Shown: positions 8,934 through 21,326, numbered from the stretch's first letter. The stretch: DNA of 64,000 nucleotides from an uncultured Bacteroidales bacterium (GCA_946186495.1 CAMHNQ010000001.1:46289-110288), one strand, 5' to 3'. Program-made: numbers and translations. Notes: generated by a model not told the origin, from the sequence alone.

Positions 8934-10238
8934 GTGAGACCGCTTAACCGAGAAATCCTAAGGATATCCATTCCCAGTATAGTGACCAACATCACGGTGC
9001 CGTTGTTGGGCATGGTGGATGTCGCCATTGTGGGCCACATCGGGGATGCAGGCTACATCGCGGCGATAGCGCTTGCGACCATGGTCTTTAACCTGATATA
9101 CTGGAACTTCGGGTTTCTGAGGATGGGGACCTCCGGGTTGACGGCGCAGGCGTACGGCGCCAATAACAAGGAGGAGTTCCTGAGTGTGCTGGTGCGCGGA
9201 GTAGTCATCGCCCTGACAGTGGCTGCTGTCCTGCTTCTGCTTCAGTATCCCATCGCCTGTCTGTGCAAACAGTGGATACATACCTCTCCGAAGACATTAG
9301 ACCTGATGCTCACCTACTTCTACATCCGCATTTGGGCGGCCCCAGCCACCGTCAGCCTGTATGTGCTGAAGGGCTGGTTCCTCGGGATGCAGAACGCGGC
9401 GTCGCCCATGTGGGTGGCCACGCTGCTCAACCTCGTGAACATCGTTTTCAGCTTGCTGTTCGTTTACGTCTTCGACGCAGGAATCGCAGGAGTGGCATGG
9501 GGTTCTGTGCTGGCGCAGTACAGCGGCCTGCTCCTGGCCATTGTCATCTGGGTGCGGCGTTATGGCCATTTCTGGCGCGATATTCCCTGGCGCACAGCCC
9601 TGCAATGGCGCAAGATGCTGCGATTCTTCCAAGTCAACGCCGACATTTTCCTGCGTTCCCTCTGTTTGATTGCAGTGTTCACCTTCATCCCATACATTTC
9701 CGCCAATTTCGGAGAGGAGATACTGGCAGCCAACACGTTACTCATGCAGCTGTTCACCCTCACCTCCTATGTCATGGACGGTTTTGCTTACGCCGGCGAG
9801 TCTCTCGTGGGCAAGTATGTGGGGGCGAGAGAGCCAAGGACCTTGCGGACAGTGATACTTTATCTGTTAGGGTGGGGGGCTGGACTGGCTGTGGCCTTCA
9901 CCTTATTGTTCCTTTTCTTGGGAGAAGGGATTCTTCGCGTGCTTTCCAATGACGAGACGGTCATCCAAACGGCAATGCACTACATCCCGTGGACCTATTT
10001 GCTGCCCTTTGTGGGTTTTGCGGCCTTCATCTACGACGGCATCTACATCGGGGCAACGGCAACATCGGCAATGCGCAACGTGATGTTCGTGGCCACGGCG
10101 GTGTTTTTCGTACTTTATTACGCGCTGGTGAACCAGTGGAGTAACCACGCGCTATGGTTCGCCTTTATTTTCTTCCTGCTTTTCAGAGGAATACTGATGG
10201 CAATTGGACAAAAGCGCTACGTTGTTATACGGAATTGA
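8934..10238 (+). CDS. MATE family efflux transporter (DinF-like)
   Basis: IPSIVTNITVPLLGMVDVAIVGH, FGFLRMGTSGLTAQAYG, ~12 TM helices; start uncertain (8901 or 8934). Confidence 0.9.
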   Translation: MRPLNREILRISIPSIVTNITVPLLGMVDVAIVGHIGDAGYIAAIALATMVFNLIYWNFGFLRMGTSGLTAQAYGANNKEEFLSVLVRGVVIALTVAAVLLLLQYPIACLCKQWIHTSPKTLDLMLTYFYIRIWAAPATVSLYVLKGWFLGMQNAASPMWVATLLNLVNIVFSLLFVYVFDAGIAGVAWGSVLAQYSGLLLAIVIWVRRYGHFWRDIPWRTALQWRKMLRFFQVNADIFLRSLCLIAVFTFIPYISANFGEEILAANTLLMQLFTLTSYVMDGFAYAGESLVGKYVGAREPRTLRTVILYLLGWGAGLAVAFTLLFLFLGEGILRVLSNDETVIQTAMHYIPWTYLLPFVGFAAFIYDGIYIGATATSAMRNVMFVATAVFFVLYYALVNQWSNHALWFAFIFFLLFRGILMAIGQKRYVVIRN

Positions 10239-10290
10239 GGGGTGCGTACCCATCCGTTTGTGCACAATCTTACACTGACGATAAACGAAC

Positions 10291-10318
10291 AAAGCCCGAA
10301 CCATAGAGGAACGGGCCT
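10291..10318 (-). terminator. Probable intrinsic terminator downstream of mscL
   Basis: Minus strand GCCCG..CC-loop-GG..CGGGC followed by TTTGTT. Confidence 0.45.
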
Positions 10319-10348
10319 TGAAAAAAGAAAGTGGAAAATACTCGGCAA

Positions 10349-10783
10349 TTAGTTTTTCTCTTTCAGCAGGTCACGGATTTCGGTGAGCAGCTTTTCCTCT
10401 GCGCTGGGTTCCGGAGCGGGAGCGGGCGTCTCTTCCTCCTTTTTCTTCACTAAGCTTGTGGCTTTGTTGATCAGCTTGATGACAGCGAAGATACACAGGG
10501 CCACAATCAGGAAGTCAATGGTCACTTGAATGAAGTTTCCGTAGTTCAGGGTTACGGCTTCCTTCACGACCTCTCCCGCTTCGTTGAGCTTTGGGGCGCG
10601 CAGTGTCAACGACAATGTGGTGAAATTGACGTTGCCGATGAGGGCGCCGATGATTGGCATGAGCAGGTCGTTCACCAAAGAGGTGACGATTTTCCCGAAG
10701 GCACCGCCAATAATCACACCGATGGCCATGTCCATGACATTGCCTTTCATTGCAAATTCCTTGAATTCTTTAAAAAATCCCAT
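10349..10783 (-). CDS. mscL: Large-conductance mechanosensitive channel
   Basis: [30 protein letters not shown]...[10 protein letters not shown]. Confidence 0.97.
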   Translation of the reverse strand: MGFFKEFKEFAMKGNVMDMAIGVIIGGAFGKIVTSLVNDLLMPIIGALIGNVNFTTLSLTLRAPKLNEAGEVVKEAVTLNYGNFIQVTIDFLIVALCIFAVIKLINKATSLVKKKEEETPAPAPEPSAEEKLLTEIRDLLKEKN

Positions 10784-10872
10784 AGTTTATAATTTTTGAT
10801 GATGTTGAAAATGCAAAAGTAGTATTTTTTTTGTTGTAATATTCTTTATGGTAAGGTTTGGATGGCGAAAAG

Positions 10873-11787
10873 TCAGGAAGTCATGAGGCTATGCATCACG
10901 GCAAGTTTGTATAAATCCAAGAAAATCAAACTGTTGTATTCAGATGCGATGTTTCTCAACGGTTGTTTGGCTTTGGCCAACAAAGAAAGAGTGAACTTTC
11001 CTGTCAATTGCTGTCTCATTCGTTCGTAAGTCGAAAGTAGAGTGCTGACAGACAGAAACTTATCATCGACTTTATGGTTTTCTTTCAATTTCACGAGGTT
11101 GGCGACACCTGCGGCGACTTTGTTCAATAGCACCTCATTGGTGTCGATGCCTTCATGAAACAGTTCGTTGTCAATATGATAGATAGGGATACTGCATTTT
11201 TCGAGTTCGATGCCGAAGAAAGTGTCTTCATATCCATATTGCCGCAGGGATTCCTCGAATCTGCATTTTTGGAAGACAGACTTGGATGCCAACATGTTGA
11301 ATGGGGTGAATGCGCGATAGGGTGCGCGGTTTCGTTCTGCCGCCGAATGGACTTCCCGCTTGATACCATACCGGTAGCGAAGCCGTTTTGCCTTTTCGGG
11401 ACGCATCTCACGATAGCTCAGGCCCCCAAGGACAACAAAGTCTGTACCGACGAGATTGTTTTCCCGCATAAACCGAAGGTATTCCGCGATATAGTCGTTT
11501 TTTTTGACGCGGGCGTCGCAGTCCATGAAAAGCAGGTTAGGGTATATCGCCGTGTCTGCGAGACAGTTGCGGATTCTGGATCGGCCTATATTGTCCTCAT
11601 ATTGGATGTATCGTACCTTGTCCTGTTCTGCCAGCAGGGAATTGTGATGACGGACCGACATGTCAGAAGAGGCGTCGTCGGAGATAATGATTTCATAGTC
11701 AACGGCGCAACTCTCGAGTTGCGCCTGCAATTCCGACACGAGCGGGTGGACATTCACGTTATATGTTGGGATTAATATTGAGAGCAT
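10873..11787 (-). CDS. Glycosyltransferase family 2
   Basis: LSILIPTYN, DDAS, N.GRSRIRN, FMDCD, YGYED. Confidence 0.9.
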   Translation of the reverse strand: MLSILIPTYNVNVHPLVSELQAQLESCAVDYEIIISDDASSDMSVRHHNSLLAEQDKVRYIQYEDNIGRSRIRNCLADTAIYPNLLFMDCDARVKKNDYIAEYLRFMRENNLVGTDFVVLGGLSYREMRPEKAKRLRYRYGIKREVHSAAERNRAPYRAFTPFNMLASKSVFQKCRFEESLRQYGYEDTFFGIELEKCSIPIYHIDNELFHEGIDTNEVLLNKVAAGVANLVKLKENHKVDDKFLSVSTLLSTYERMRQQLTGKFTLSLLAKAKQPLRNIASEYNSLIFLDLYKLAVMHSLMTS

Positions 11788-11875
11788 TTCCTTACATTTA
11801 GGCGAGGCGCAAAATTACACCCCGACAAAACTAACCTAAAGCCAAAACAGCCAACCTTCATTCTCCGATAACCAT

Positions 11876-12598
11876 TTACACGTGTGAATCAATGAGTTTC
11901 CCGTCTTCGATACAGATAGCACGAGAGGGGAACTTGTCGATGAGGGAAAAGTTGTGGGTGGCCATCAGCACAGTGGTGCCCGTTTGGTTGATATGGTGGA
12001 AAACTTGGAATATTTCCTCTGCGGTGATTGGGTCGAGGTTGCCGGTAGGTTCGTCGGCCAGTATGAGGTCAGGGCTGTTGAGCAAGGCTCTGGCGATGCA
12101 GACACGCTGCTGCTCCCCGCCAGAGAGTTGTGAAGGCAACTTGAAGTCCTTTGTTTCCAGACCCACCATCCCGAGCACCTCTTCGCAACGGTTGAGCATG
12201 GCATGTTTGTCTTTCCATCGGGTCGCGCGCAGCACGAACATCAGGTTGTCTATCACCGTTCGGTCTTGAAGCAATTGGTAGTCCTGGAACACTACGCCGA
12301 TTTTCTTCCTCATTTCCGGGATTTGTTTCTTCTTCAGGTTCAGCAGGTCGTAGCCGATCATCGAGGCCTCTTCGCCTTCGGGTTTGAGTTCACCGATGAG
12401 TGTTTCCAGGATGGAGGATTTCCCAGTTCCTGTCTTGCCGATCAGATAGACGAACTCTCCCTGCTTGATGGTGAAGCTGATGTCGGTGAGGACACGCAGC
12501 TTGCGGTGGGAGATGTTCACGCCCTTAAAGGTGATGACGGGGGCCGGGATAGGCTGTTCCCGGCCTGCTTCGACGGTATTGTCTTGTTTCTCTTCCAT
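11876..12598 (-). CDS. ftsE: Cell division ABC ATPase FtsE-like
   Basis: GKTGTGKS, IGVVFQDYQLL, LSGGEQQRV, LADEPTGNLDP, VLMATH. Confidence 0.8.
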   Translation of the reverse strand: MEEKQDNTVEAGREQPIPAPVITFKGVNISHRKLRVLTDISFTIKQGEFVYLIGKTGTGKSSILETLIGELKPEGEEASMIGYDLLNLKKKQIPEMRKKIGVVFQDYQLLQDRTVIDNLMFVLRATRWKDKHAMLNRCEEVLGMVGLETKDFKLPSQLSGGEQQRVCIARALLNSPDLILADEPTGNLDPITAEEIFQVFHHINQTGTTVLMATHNFSLIDKFPSRAICIEDGKLIDSHV

Positions 12599-12613
12599 GA
12601 TGTTTCTTTTTTA

Positions 12614-12672
12614 GGCCCCGGGGGACGCAGCCGCTCGCTCCGGGTTGACATGTGTCTGGCTTGCAGCCATTT
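12614..12672 (-). repeat. Dispersed ~55-bp two-hairpin intergenic element, copy A
   Basis: Minus strand AAATGGCTGCAAGCCAGACACATGTCAACCCGGAGCGAGCGGCTGCGTCCCCCGGGG; aligns with 36068-36120 and 40656-40707. Confidence 0.7.
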
Positions 12673-12705
12673 AGGAAAACTCTGAATTCCCGATGCTGAA
12701 TTAGG

Positions 12706-14685
<1,980 letters not shown>

Positions 14686-14706
14686 TTATTTTTCTCTAAA
14701 AGCCTG

Positions 14707-14714
14707 CAAATATA
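14707..14714 (-). promoter_or_regulatory. -7 promoter element (TATATTTG) of gyrB
   Basis: TAnnTTTG ~35 bp upstream of the ATG. Confidence 0.65.
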
Positions 14715-14899
14715 CAAAAAATATTGGTATTACTGGCGTTTTTTTGCAGGAATCTGAGGCGGCGCAGACGGGACTGCCTGCATCATGTTGAGTTGCAGGA
14801 AATGTGACAGGGCGTGCAGGAAACGGCTACGACTATTTACCCGTGAAAGTGCAAGTCTTCCCGTTGTAACTTTTTTGAGGCACGTTGGCGAAAAAAGTG

Positions 14900-14907
14900 T
14901 ACTTTTG
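14900..14907 (+). promoter_or_regulatory. -7 promoter element (TACTTTTG) of fabG
   Basis: TAnnTTTG preceded by an A-tract. Confidence 0.6.
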
Positions 14908-15035
14908 CCACCGAAATGCCGTCGCACGGAAAGGCGTGCGACCGAGCGTTTGGGAATTACCACTCCCGCCCCGAGAAAGGCGAAAACGGAAAGTCTTGGA
15001 GCGGGCTTAAACCTTAAAATTCTAAAACACCGAAT

Positions 15036-15764
15036 ATGAAATACGCATTGATAACAGGAGGCTCCCGCGGCATCGGCCGTGCTGTGGCCTTGCGCCTTTC
15101 GCGAGACGGCATGCCCGTCATCGTCAATTATGTGAGTAACGATGCCGCCGCTCAGGATGTGAAGCAGCAGATTGAGGGCCAGGGCGGCGTGTGTGAGCTG
15201 CTGAAGTTCGACATCTCAGACGCCCACGCCGTGGAGACGGCATTGGAGGGGTGGGAGAACGCCCATCCCGACGACTATATCGCCGTGTTGGTCAACAACG
15301 CCGGCACGCGCCGCGACAACCTGATGGTCATGATGGGCGACGAAGACTGGCACAACGTCATCGACACGCCGCTGAACGGCTTTTTCTACATCACACGCCG
15401 TGTGGTTAAGACGATGATCCGCCATCGGGACGGACGCATCATCAACATGGCGTCGCTCTCAGGTCTCAAGGGCGTTCCGGGGCAGACGAACTACAGTGCC
15501 GCGAAAGCCGCCATCATCGGGGCGACGAAAGCCTTGGCGCAGGAGGTTGCCAAGCGGAAAGTCACGGTCAACGCCGTTGCGCCTGGATTCATAGCAACCG
15601 ACATGACAGCCGGTTTGGACGAGGCTGCCCTGAGCAAGATGATTCCCGCCCAGCGGTTCGGCACCCCCGACGAAGTCGCCGCCGCTGTCGCTTTCCTCGC
15701 CTCCCCAGAGGCTGCCTACATCACGGGACAGGTGATCCAGGTGAACGGTGGGCTTTACAGTTAG
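15036..15764 (+). CDS. fabG: 3-oxoacyl-ACP reductase (SDR)
   Basis: TGGSRGIG, LVNNAG, YSAAKA, VNAVAPGFIATDM. Confidence 0.85.
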   Translation: MKYALITGGSRGIGRAVALRLSRDGMPVIVNYVSNDAAAQDVKQQIEGQGGVCELLKFDISDAHAVETALEGWENAHPDDYIAVLVNNAGTRRDNLMVMMGDEDWHNVIDTPLNGFFYITRRVVKTMIRHRDGRIINMASLSGLKGVPGQTNYSAAKAAIIGATKALAQEVAKRKVTVNAVAPGFIATDMTAGLDEAALSKMIPAQRFGTPDEVAAAVAFLASPEAAYITGQVIQVNGGLYS

Positions 15765-15803
15765 CGGTTCCGGAATCGCCCGCCGCCCCTCCCCAGGCGA
15801 ACC

Positions 15804-15839
15804 AAAAACGGCGTGCATCGTGAGATGCACGCCGTTTTT
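15804..15839. terminator. Bidirectional intrinsic terminator
   Basis: AAAAACGGCGTGCATC-gtga-GATGCACGCCGTTTTT between convergent genes. Confidence 0.85.
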
Positions 15840-15859
15840 CCTATATATTACTTTATATG

Positions 15860-17677
15860 TTACTTCTTCACGAATTTCGTGGTCACACTGAACTTTCCGT
15901 CGCTCAGACGCAGGAAGTAGCTGCCCGAGGAGAGTTGTCCGACATTAAGGGTGAGCTGGTTGTCGGAAACCGGTTGAGACAGGACGAGTCTGCCGTTCAG
16001 GTCATAGACAGCCATTTGGGTCACTTGGAATTGGTCGGTGCGGAGAGAGACCGTCAGGCGGTCGGCGGCCGGGTTGGGGTAAACATCCAAGTCGTTTTCG
16101 TTGAGATAGTTCGGGACATCCGTGCCGAGATCAAAGCCGGTGCGCGGAATCAGGTAGTACTCGCCGTATGAGATTTTGTTGACCCCGGTCAGGTTAGTCG
16201 GCTGGGAGGGGATCTGCTCGCCGGTGAGTCCCTCTATGTTGTAGAAGTGAATCCAGAGGCCGTTTCCGGTCTGTCCGTTTTGGGTCAGCGTGTATTTCTT
16301 TCCGTTTTCGAACATATTGGATGTGAGCGGGTTGATCTTGGCCGTCTCCATGCGGATAAGCTCGCACTGGTGTGCGTTCATGTATTCCACGTTTTGAAGC
16401 TCCGCCAGGGTGACCGTCAGCGGGGCGACATCATTATAAATGGATAAGGCCGGAGCGTTGTAGTCTTCCGTCACGGCGAACTGCAGCAGTCCGTAATAAT
16501 CGGTGAGGGTGCCGTAGAGGCCAGTGATCTCGTCGCCGGTTTCCAAGGAGGTGGTGATTTTGCCGTTGGGGTCGTCAATCACGATGGCGCCCGTCGCGTC
16601 CTGGATGAAGATCTGGTGGCGATAGGAGTCGTTGATGCCGGTGACGATGACGTTGCCCGTGAGCTTGTAAACATCGTTGCCGAAGTGGGTTCCGTTGATG
16701 TCCAGGGCGTCGGTCCACTTGGCGCGTAAGGCGGCGATGTTGGCCACTTGGAATTCCTCGCTCACGCCGTAGGTGAAGGCCAGTGTGTCAGGGGACATGA
16801 CGTTGCCGGTCACATCCGCCACGTTGTTGACGACCAGGGTGTAGGCTATGCCTTCGGACAGGGCGGGCGAGAAGGTCAGGGTGACTTGGTTGCCCGACAA
16901 CGTGGCGGCGGAGATGCCGGCCCCGTTGTCAATCTGATAGTTGGCGGTGTTCTGCGCCGTGGCCGCGTCAAGCCCCTCGTTGAAGTTGAGTTTCATCGTG
17001 GTGGCGCTCTCCACGGAATGGGAGGTGATGACCGGCGCGTAAACGTCCGGACCGCTCATGTTGGCACGGAACACCACGTTGTCGATACGGTTGTTGCCGG
17101 ATCCGGAGGTGCAACCGTCAACGCTGAGCCTGATGTAAACGACGGCAGCGTCATTGAGGGCCACGACGGAAGAAAGGCTCACTTCGCGGAGCGTGTAGGT
17201 GGTCACATTCGTGCCGGTGAGGGTCTGCAGCTCCGTAAAGTTCACGCCATCAGTGCTGTAGGACCAAGTCTCGCTGCTGAACCCCGTGGCCGTGCCCCGT
17301 TGCGCGTAGGAGAGCATCAGGTTCTGGTAGCCGGTTGTGGAGAACTTGAAGACGACACCCTTGCCGTTCGCCGTCGTGTTCACGATGGCCAAGTCCTTGG
17401 TGGCGACCGCTTCGTCACGCGGGTCGTTGAGGGTGGATCCGTTGAAGGCGTTGATCTCAGGACTGGGTCCGTTGTTCAGGTCGTCGGAACCGTTCGTGCC
17501 GTCGGCATAGAGGGTGCCGGCACCCCATGCCGGGTTCGAGGCAATCACTTTGGCCGTGTTCGAGGCCCCGGAATTGTTGCCTGTCAGGTCGTCAAACGTC
17601 CAGGCACACACAATCTCCTGCCCGAAACCGAATGAAACGAACAGGATACTTAACAATAGTAAACTGACTTTTTTCAT
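15860..17677 (-). CDS. Secreted multidomain surface protein with Ig-like domains and a T9SS type A C-terminal sorting domain
   Basis: Signal peptide; VYPNPA...VYDLNGRLV...LSSGSYFLRL...KFVKK. Confidence 0.85.
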   Translation of the reverse strand: MKKVSLLLLSILFVSFGFGQEIVCAWTFDDLTGNNSGASNTAKVIASNPAWGAGTLYADGTNGSDDLNNGPSPEINAFNGSTLNDPRDEAVATKDLAIVNTTANGKGVVFKFSTTGYQNLMLSYAQRGTATGFSSETWSYSTDGVNFTELQTLTGTNVTTYTLREVSLSSVVALNDAAVVYIRLSVDGCTSGSGNNRIDNVVFRANMSGPDVYAPVITSHSVESATTMKLNFNEGLDAATAQNTANYQIDNGAGISAATLSGNQVTLTFSPALSEGIAYTLVVNNVADVTGNVMSPDTLAFTYGVSEEFQVANIAALRAKWTDALDINGTHFGNDVYKLTGNVIVTGINDSYRHQIFIQDATGAIVIDDPNGKITTSLETGDEITGLYGTLTDYYGLLQFAVTEDYNAPALSIYNDVAPLTVTLAELQNVEYMNAHQCELIRMETAKINPLTSNMFENGKKYTLTQNGQTGNGLWIHFYNIEGLTGEQIPSQPTNLTGVNKISYGEYYLIPRTGFDLGTDVPNYLNENDLDVYPNPAADRLTVSLRTDQFQVTQMAVYDLNGRLVLSQPVSDNQLTLNVGQLSSGSYFLRLSDGKFSVTTKFVKK

Positions 17678-17863
17678 ATTTGATGCGTTTTAATTAAGAA
17701 ATATCTGTTAATTTTTAATGGCGCAAAAATACGAAAAACTCGGAAACGGGACGGTTTTGTTTTTTCCATCAGGAATAATTTTTTGCACGGGGTGGAATTT
17801 GTCTGAGAATTTGTTATGTTTGCACCCGTGATTTTAAGTTCCGTTTATAAATTGATTTCAACG

Positions 17864-19096
17864 ATGACCAAAATGAAAATGTATGCCCTTGTGTGGTTGG
17901 TGGCGTGCGTGATATGCCCTTGTGCAATGCTTGCCCAAACTGGAAACCGTTATGCAGACCCGGTGTTCGAAGATGTCACGACGACCTCATGGATACCATT
18001 CAGCAGTGCCGTGGGGGAAGAAGAATTGTTGCCCACCACTCTATACCTCGATTTCTACGAACCCGCCGGGGACGCCCTCGCCGCACGCCCTCTGGTGATC
18101 ACCGTTTTCGGCGGCGCGTTCATCGCAGGTAGCCGCGACAGGTGCGACATGGAAGCCTACTGCACCCGGCTTGCCAAGCATGGCTATGCCGCCGCATCCA
18201 TCGACTACCGGTTGCTCTCCGTGCTCTCGCTCAGCGCAAGCTCACTTATCAGAGCCGCCTACATGGCCTCCCAGGATGTGAGTTCCGCCATCCGCTTTTT
18301 CAAGGCCCATTGCCAGGAATACCGTATCGACACCAACAGAATCTTCTTGCTGGGCAATTCCGCCGGTTCCATCGCCTCCCTGAACAAGGTCTTCCTGTCA
18401 GAGGAGGAACGCCCTTCGCAGACGTTCACTTACCCTGACCTCGGGCCGATGAACAGCTCGGGATACGACGAATACGCAGGCTTTTCCTCCAAGGTGGCCG
18501 GAGTGGTGGCGCACTGGGGCGGCGTGCTGGATGTCGGACACATCGACATGGACGAGTATGTCCCGCTATGCATGATTCATGGCACAGAAGACTTCGTGGT
18601 GCCCTATGATTCGGGCTACTGCTTCTCTTCCATGTTTTCATACCTCACCCCCTACATGTACGGCTCGCGATGCATCGCTGACCATCTTAACAGTCTCAAT
18701 ATCACGGACTATGAGTTTCATCCGTTCTCTGGCGAGAGCCACAATTTCTACATCTCGATGCCCGACGACCTTCTGTACGACAAATTCGATTCCTGCTTCA
18801 ACATCACCCGCCGTTTTCTGTACCGTCATTTGGGCGACCAACCCGTCACCGCTGTTTCGGAATATGCCGTCGGCAAAGTCAGCGTATATCCCAATCCAGC
18901 CTCTGACCACGTGTTTGTAAGTCACACAGGGGCCGGTGAGGTCACGAAAATCACCCTGTTCGACATGCGGGGGCAGCTTGTGGAAGAGCACGATTCCTCG
19001 CCCTTCTCTATCGGCCACTTGCCCTCGGGGATGTATGTCGTGCACGCAACAGACTCGCACGGCAAAAAATCCATCCAGAAACTTATCGTCCAATAG
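17864..19096 (+). CDS. Secreted alpha/beta-hydrolase (esterase/lipase) with T9SS CTD
   Basis: FGGAF oxyanion motif, GNSAG nucleophile, HGTED, C-terminal VYPNPA...KLIVQ; start moved downstream of the TATGTTTG promoter at 17815-17822. Confidence 0.88.
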   Translation: MTKMKMYALVWLVACVICPCAMLAQTGNRYADPVFEDVTTTSWIPFSSAVGEEELLPTTLYLDFYEPAGDALAARPLVITVFGGAFIAGSRDRCDMEAYCTRLAKHGYAAASIDYRLLSVLSLSASSLIRAAYMASQDVSSAIRFFKAHCQEYRIDTNRIFLLGNSAGSIASLNKVFLSEEERPSQTFTYPDLGPMNSSGYDEYAGFSSKVAGVVAHWGGVLDVGHIDMDEYVPLCMIHGTEDFVVPYDSGYCFSSMFSYLTPYMYGSRCIADHLNSLNITDYEFHPFSGESHNFYISMPDDLLYDKFDSCFNITRRFLYRHLGDQPVTAVSEYAVGKVSVYPNPASDHVFVSHTGAGEVTKITLFDMRGQLVEEHDSSPFSIGHLPSGMYVVHATDSHGKKSIQKLIVQ

Positions 19097-19165
19097 CAAT
19101 CCCGCATCCTAACCCCATAGCCATTTTTTATGCAAACAACCCGATTCAGTCAAATCAACCTTAAT

Positions 19166-21274
19166 ATGAAGAAACTATCTATCGCAATTGCTTTGCTGAC
19201 ACTGATTTGTGCCTGCAACAAAAAGCAAGAGAACACCGATGCGAAAGTCATCGGGAAACCGGAAATCCAGGTCCAAGACGGCCGCTTCACTCCCGAGGTG
19301 ATGTGGGCGCTGGGCAAGATGGGCGAGAAGGCCGTCTCCCCTGACGGCAAACATATCGCCTACACAGTCACCTACTACGACATGGAGGCCAACAAGGGGA
19401 ACGCGGAAATCTACCTGATTCCCTCCGAAGGCGGGGAGGCAGACCGTTTGACCACCACCTCCTCCTCCGAGTTTAACCTGGTCTGGAAAGATGACGAGAC
19501 CCTGCTCTTCTGCCGGGACAACGACATCGTCGCCATGGCCATGAAAGACGGCAGGGAGACGGTTGTCGGCACCGTCGAGAGAGGCCTCGAAGGCTTCAAG
19601 CTCGCCCCGGACGGCAAGTCCGTCGTCTTCATCACCACCAAGCCGGTGGTGCGGCCCGGCCATCTCGAGAAACTCTATGCCGGCCTCGACAAGACCACCG
19701 GCCGCATCAACGAGGACCTGATGTACCGCCACTGGGACAACTGGGTGGACGAATACCCGCAGATATTCCTCGCCGACTTCGACGGCAAGAAAGTGGACGT
19801 GGACAACGCCGTCTGCCTCATTGACAGCACGTTCGAGTGCCCTATGCGCCCTTGGGGCGGGGTGGAGCAGTTCAACTACAGCCCGGACAGCAAGAAAATC
19901 GCCTACACCTGCCGCAAGAAGACCGGCTACGACTACGCGCATTCGACCAACAGCGACATCTTCCTCTATGACATAGAGAAGAATACGACCCGAAACCTCA
20001 GTGAGGGCATCATGGGGTACGACCAGAACCCGGTGTTCAGCCACAACGGCAAGATGATTGCCTGGGAGAGCATGGAGCGGGACGGCTACGAGAGCGACAA
20101 GCTACGGCTTATGGTCATGGATCTGGCTTCTGGCGAGCGCACCGACATGTCCACGGACTTCGACTACAACTTCGTGAACATCAGCTGGACCGACGACGAC
20201 AAGGAGATCCTCGGCGTGGTCTATTATCGCGGAACCGACCAAATCTTCGCCTGCGACCGCGCGACCAAGACCTTCCGTCAGATTTCCTACGGATACCACG
20301 ACGTGCACAGCTTCGAGCTGGTGAACGGAAAGCTTTACGCCGACCAAGTCTCGATGCAGTACCCCTCTGAGATTTATGTGTATAACCTGAGCGACAACAA
20401 AGGCGAGGGCAAGAAGGTGTCGGCCATCAACGACGACGTGCTTTCCCAGGTGCGCATGGGCAAGGTGGAGGAGCATTGGATCACCACGGTCGATGGCAAG
20501 AAGATGCTGACCTGGCTGATTTATCCCTACAATTATGACAGCACGAAGACCTATCCGGCGTTGCTTTATTGCGAGGGAGGCCCGCAGTCCGAGGTGGGGC
20601 AGTTCTGGAGCACACGCTGGAACTTCATGGTGATGAGCGGCGCCGAATACTTCATCATCGCCCCCAACCGTCGCGGCACCATCGGTTTCGGCACGGAGTG
20701 GTGCGAGGCCATCAGCGGGGACTACGGCGGCTTGTGCATGCAGGACTACATGCGTGCGGCCGACTTTTTTGCCGATAGCGTGAAGCAGATCGACAAGGAG
20801 CGTCTCGGCGCGTGCGGTGCCAGCTTTGGCGGCTACAGTGTCTATTGGCTTGCCGGCCACAACCACGACGTCAAGGGCTATGCCGACGGCCGCCGGTTCA
20901 AGGCGCTGCTCGCCCACAACGGCATGTTCAACTTCGAACAGCAATATTTGGAAACTGAGGAGATGTGGTTCGACAACTGGGATCTCGGCGGTCCGTACTG
21001 GGATTGGAACAACCCGCAAATCAAGAAGAGCTATGCCAACTCCCCGCACTTGTTTGTTGACAAGTGGAATGCACCTATTTGTGTAATTCACAGCGAGTTC
21101 GATTTCCGAATCGTGGCCTCCGAGGGAATGGCGGCCTATAACGCCGCGCAGATGCGCCATATTCCCAGCCGCTACCTCTATTTCCCGGATGAGACGCACT
21201 GGGTGCTGAAACCGCAGAACAGCCTCCTTTGGCACCGCAACTTCATCGACTGGTTCGACACGAACCTGAAATAG
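19166..21274 (+). CDS. S9 family peptidase (dipeptidyl-peptidase 5-like lipoprotein)
   Basis: Lipobox ICAC; beta-propeller (SPDG repeats); EGGPQ, GASFGG, DFRI, DETHWV. Confidence 0.92.
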   Translation: MKKLSIAIALLTLICACNKKQENTDAKVIGKPEIQVQDGRFTPEVMWALGKMGEKAVSPDGKHIAYTVTYYDMEANKGNAEIYLIPSEGGEADRLTTTSSSEFNLVWKDDETLLFCRDNDIVAMAMKDGRETVVGTVERGLEGFKLAPDGKSVVFITTKPVVRPGHLEKLYAGLDKTTGRINEDLMYRHWDNWVDEYPQIFLADFDGKKVDVDNAVCLIDSTFECPMRPWGGVEQFNYSPDSKKIAYTCRKKTGYDYAHSTNSDIFLYDIEKNTTRNLSEGIMGYDQNPVFSHNGKMIAWESMERDGYESDKLRLMVMDLASGERTDMSTDFDYNFVNISWTDDDKEILGVVYYRGTDQIFACDRATKTFRQISYGYHDVHSFELVNGKLYADQVSMQYPSEIYVYNLSDNKGEGKKVSAINDDVLSQVRMGKVEEHWITTVDGKKMLTWLIYPYNYDSTKTYPALLYCEGGPQSEVGQFWSTRWNFMVMSGAEYFIIAPNRRGTIGFGTEWCEAISGDYGGLCMQDYMRAADFFADSVKQIDKERLGACGASFGGYSVYWLAGHNHDVKGYADGRRFKALLAHNGMFNFEQQYLETEEMWFDNWDLGGPYWDWNNPQIKKSYANSPHLFVDKWNAPICVIHSEFDFRIVASEGMAAYNAAQMRHIPSRYLYFPDETHWVLKPQNSLLWHRNFIDWFDTNLK

Positions 21275-21291
21275 CGGTCGCATGGCGAAAC

Positions 21292-21326
21292 AAAAAAACC
21301 GGTTCGAGAGGAACCGGTTTTTTTTT
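21292..21326. terminator. Bidirectional intrinsic terminator
   Basis: A7-CCGGTTC-gagag-GAACCGG-T9 between convergent genes. Confidence 0.88.

Noticed and set aside
11876-12598. ftsE without adjacent ftsX
   Set aside because: Unlinked ftsE and ftsX are ordinary in Bacteroidota.
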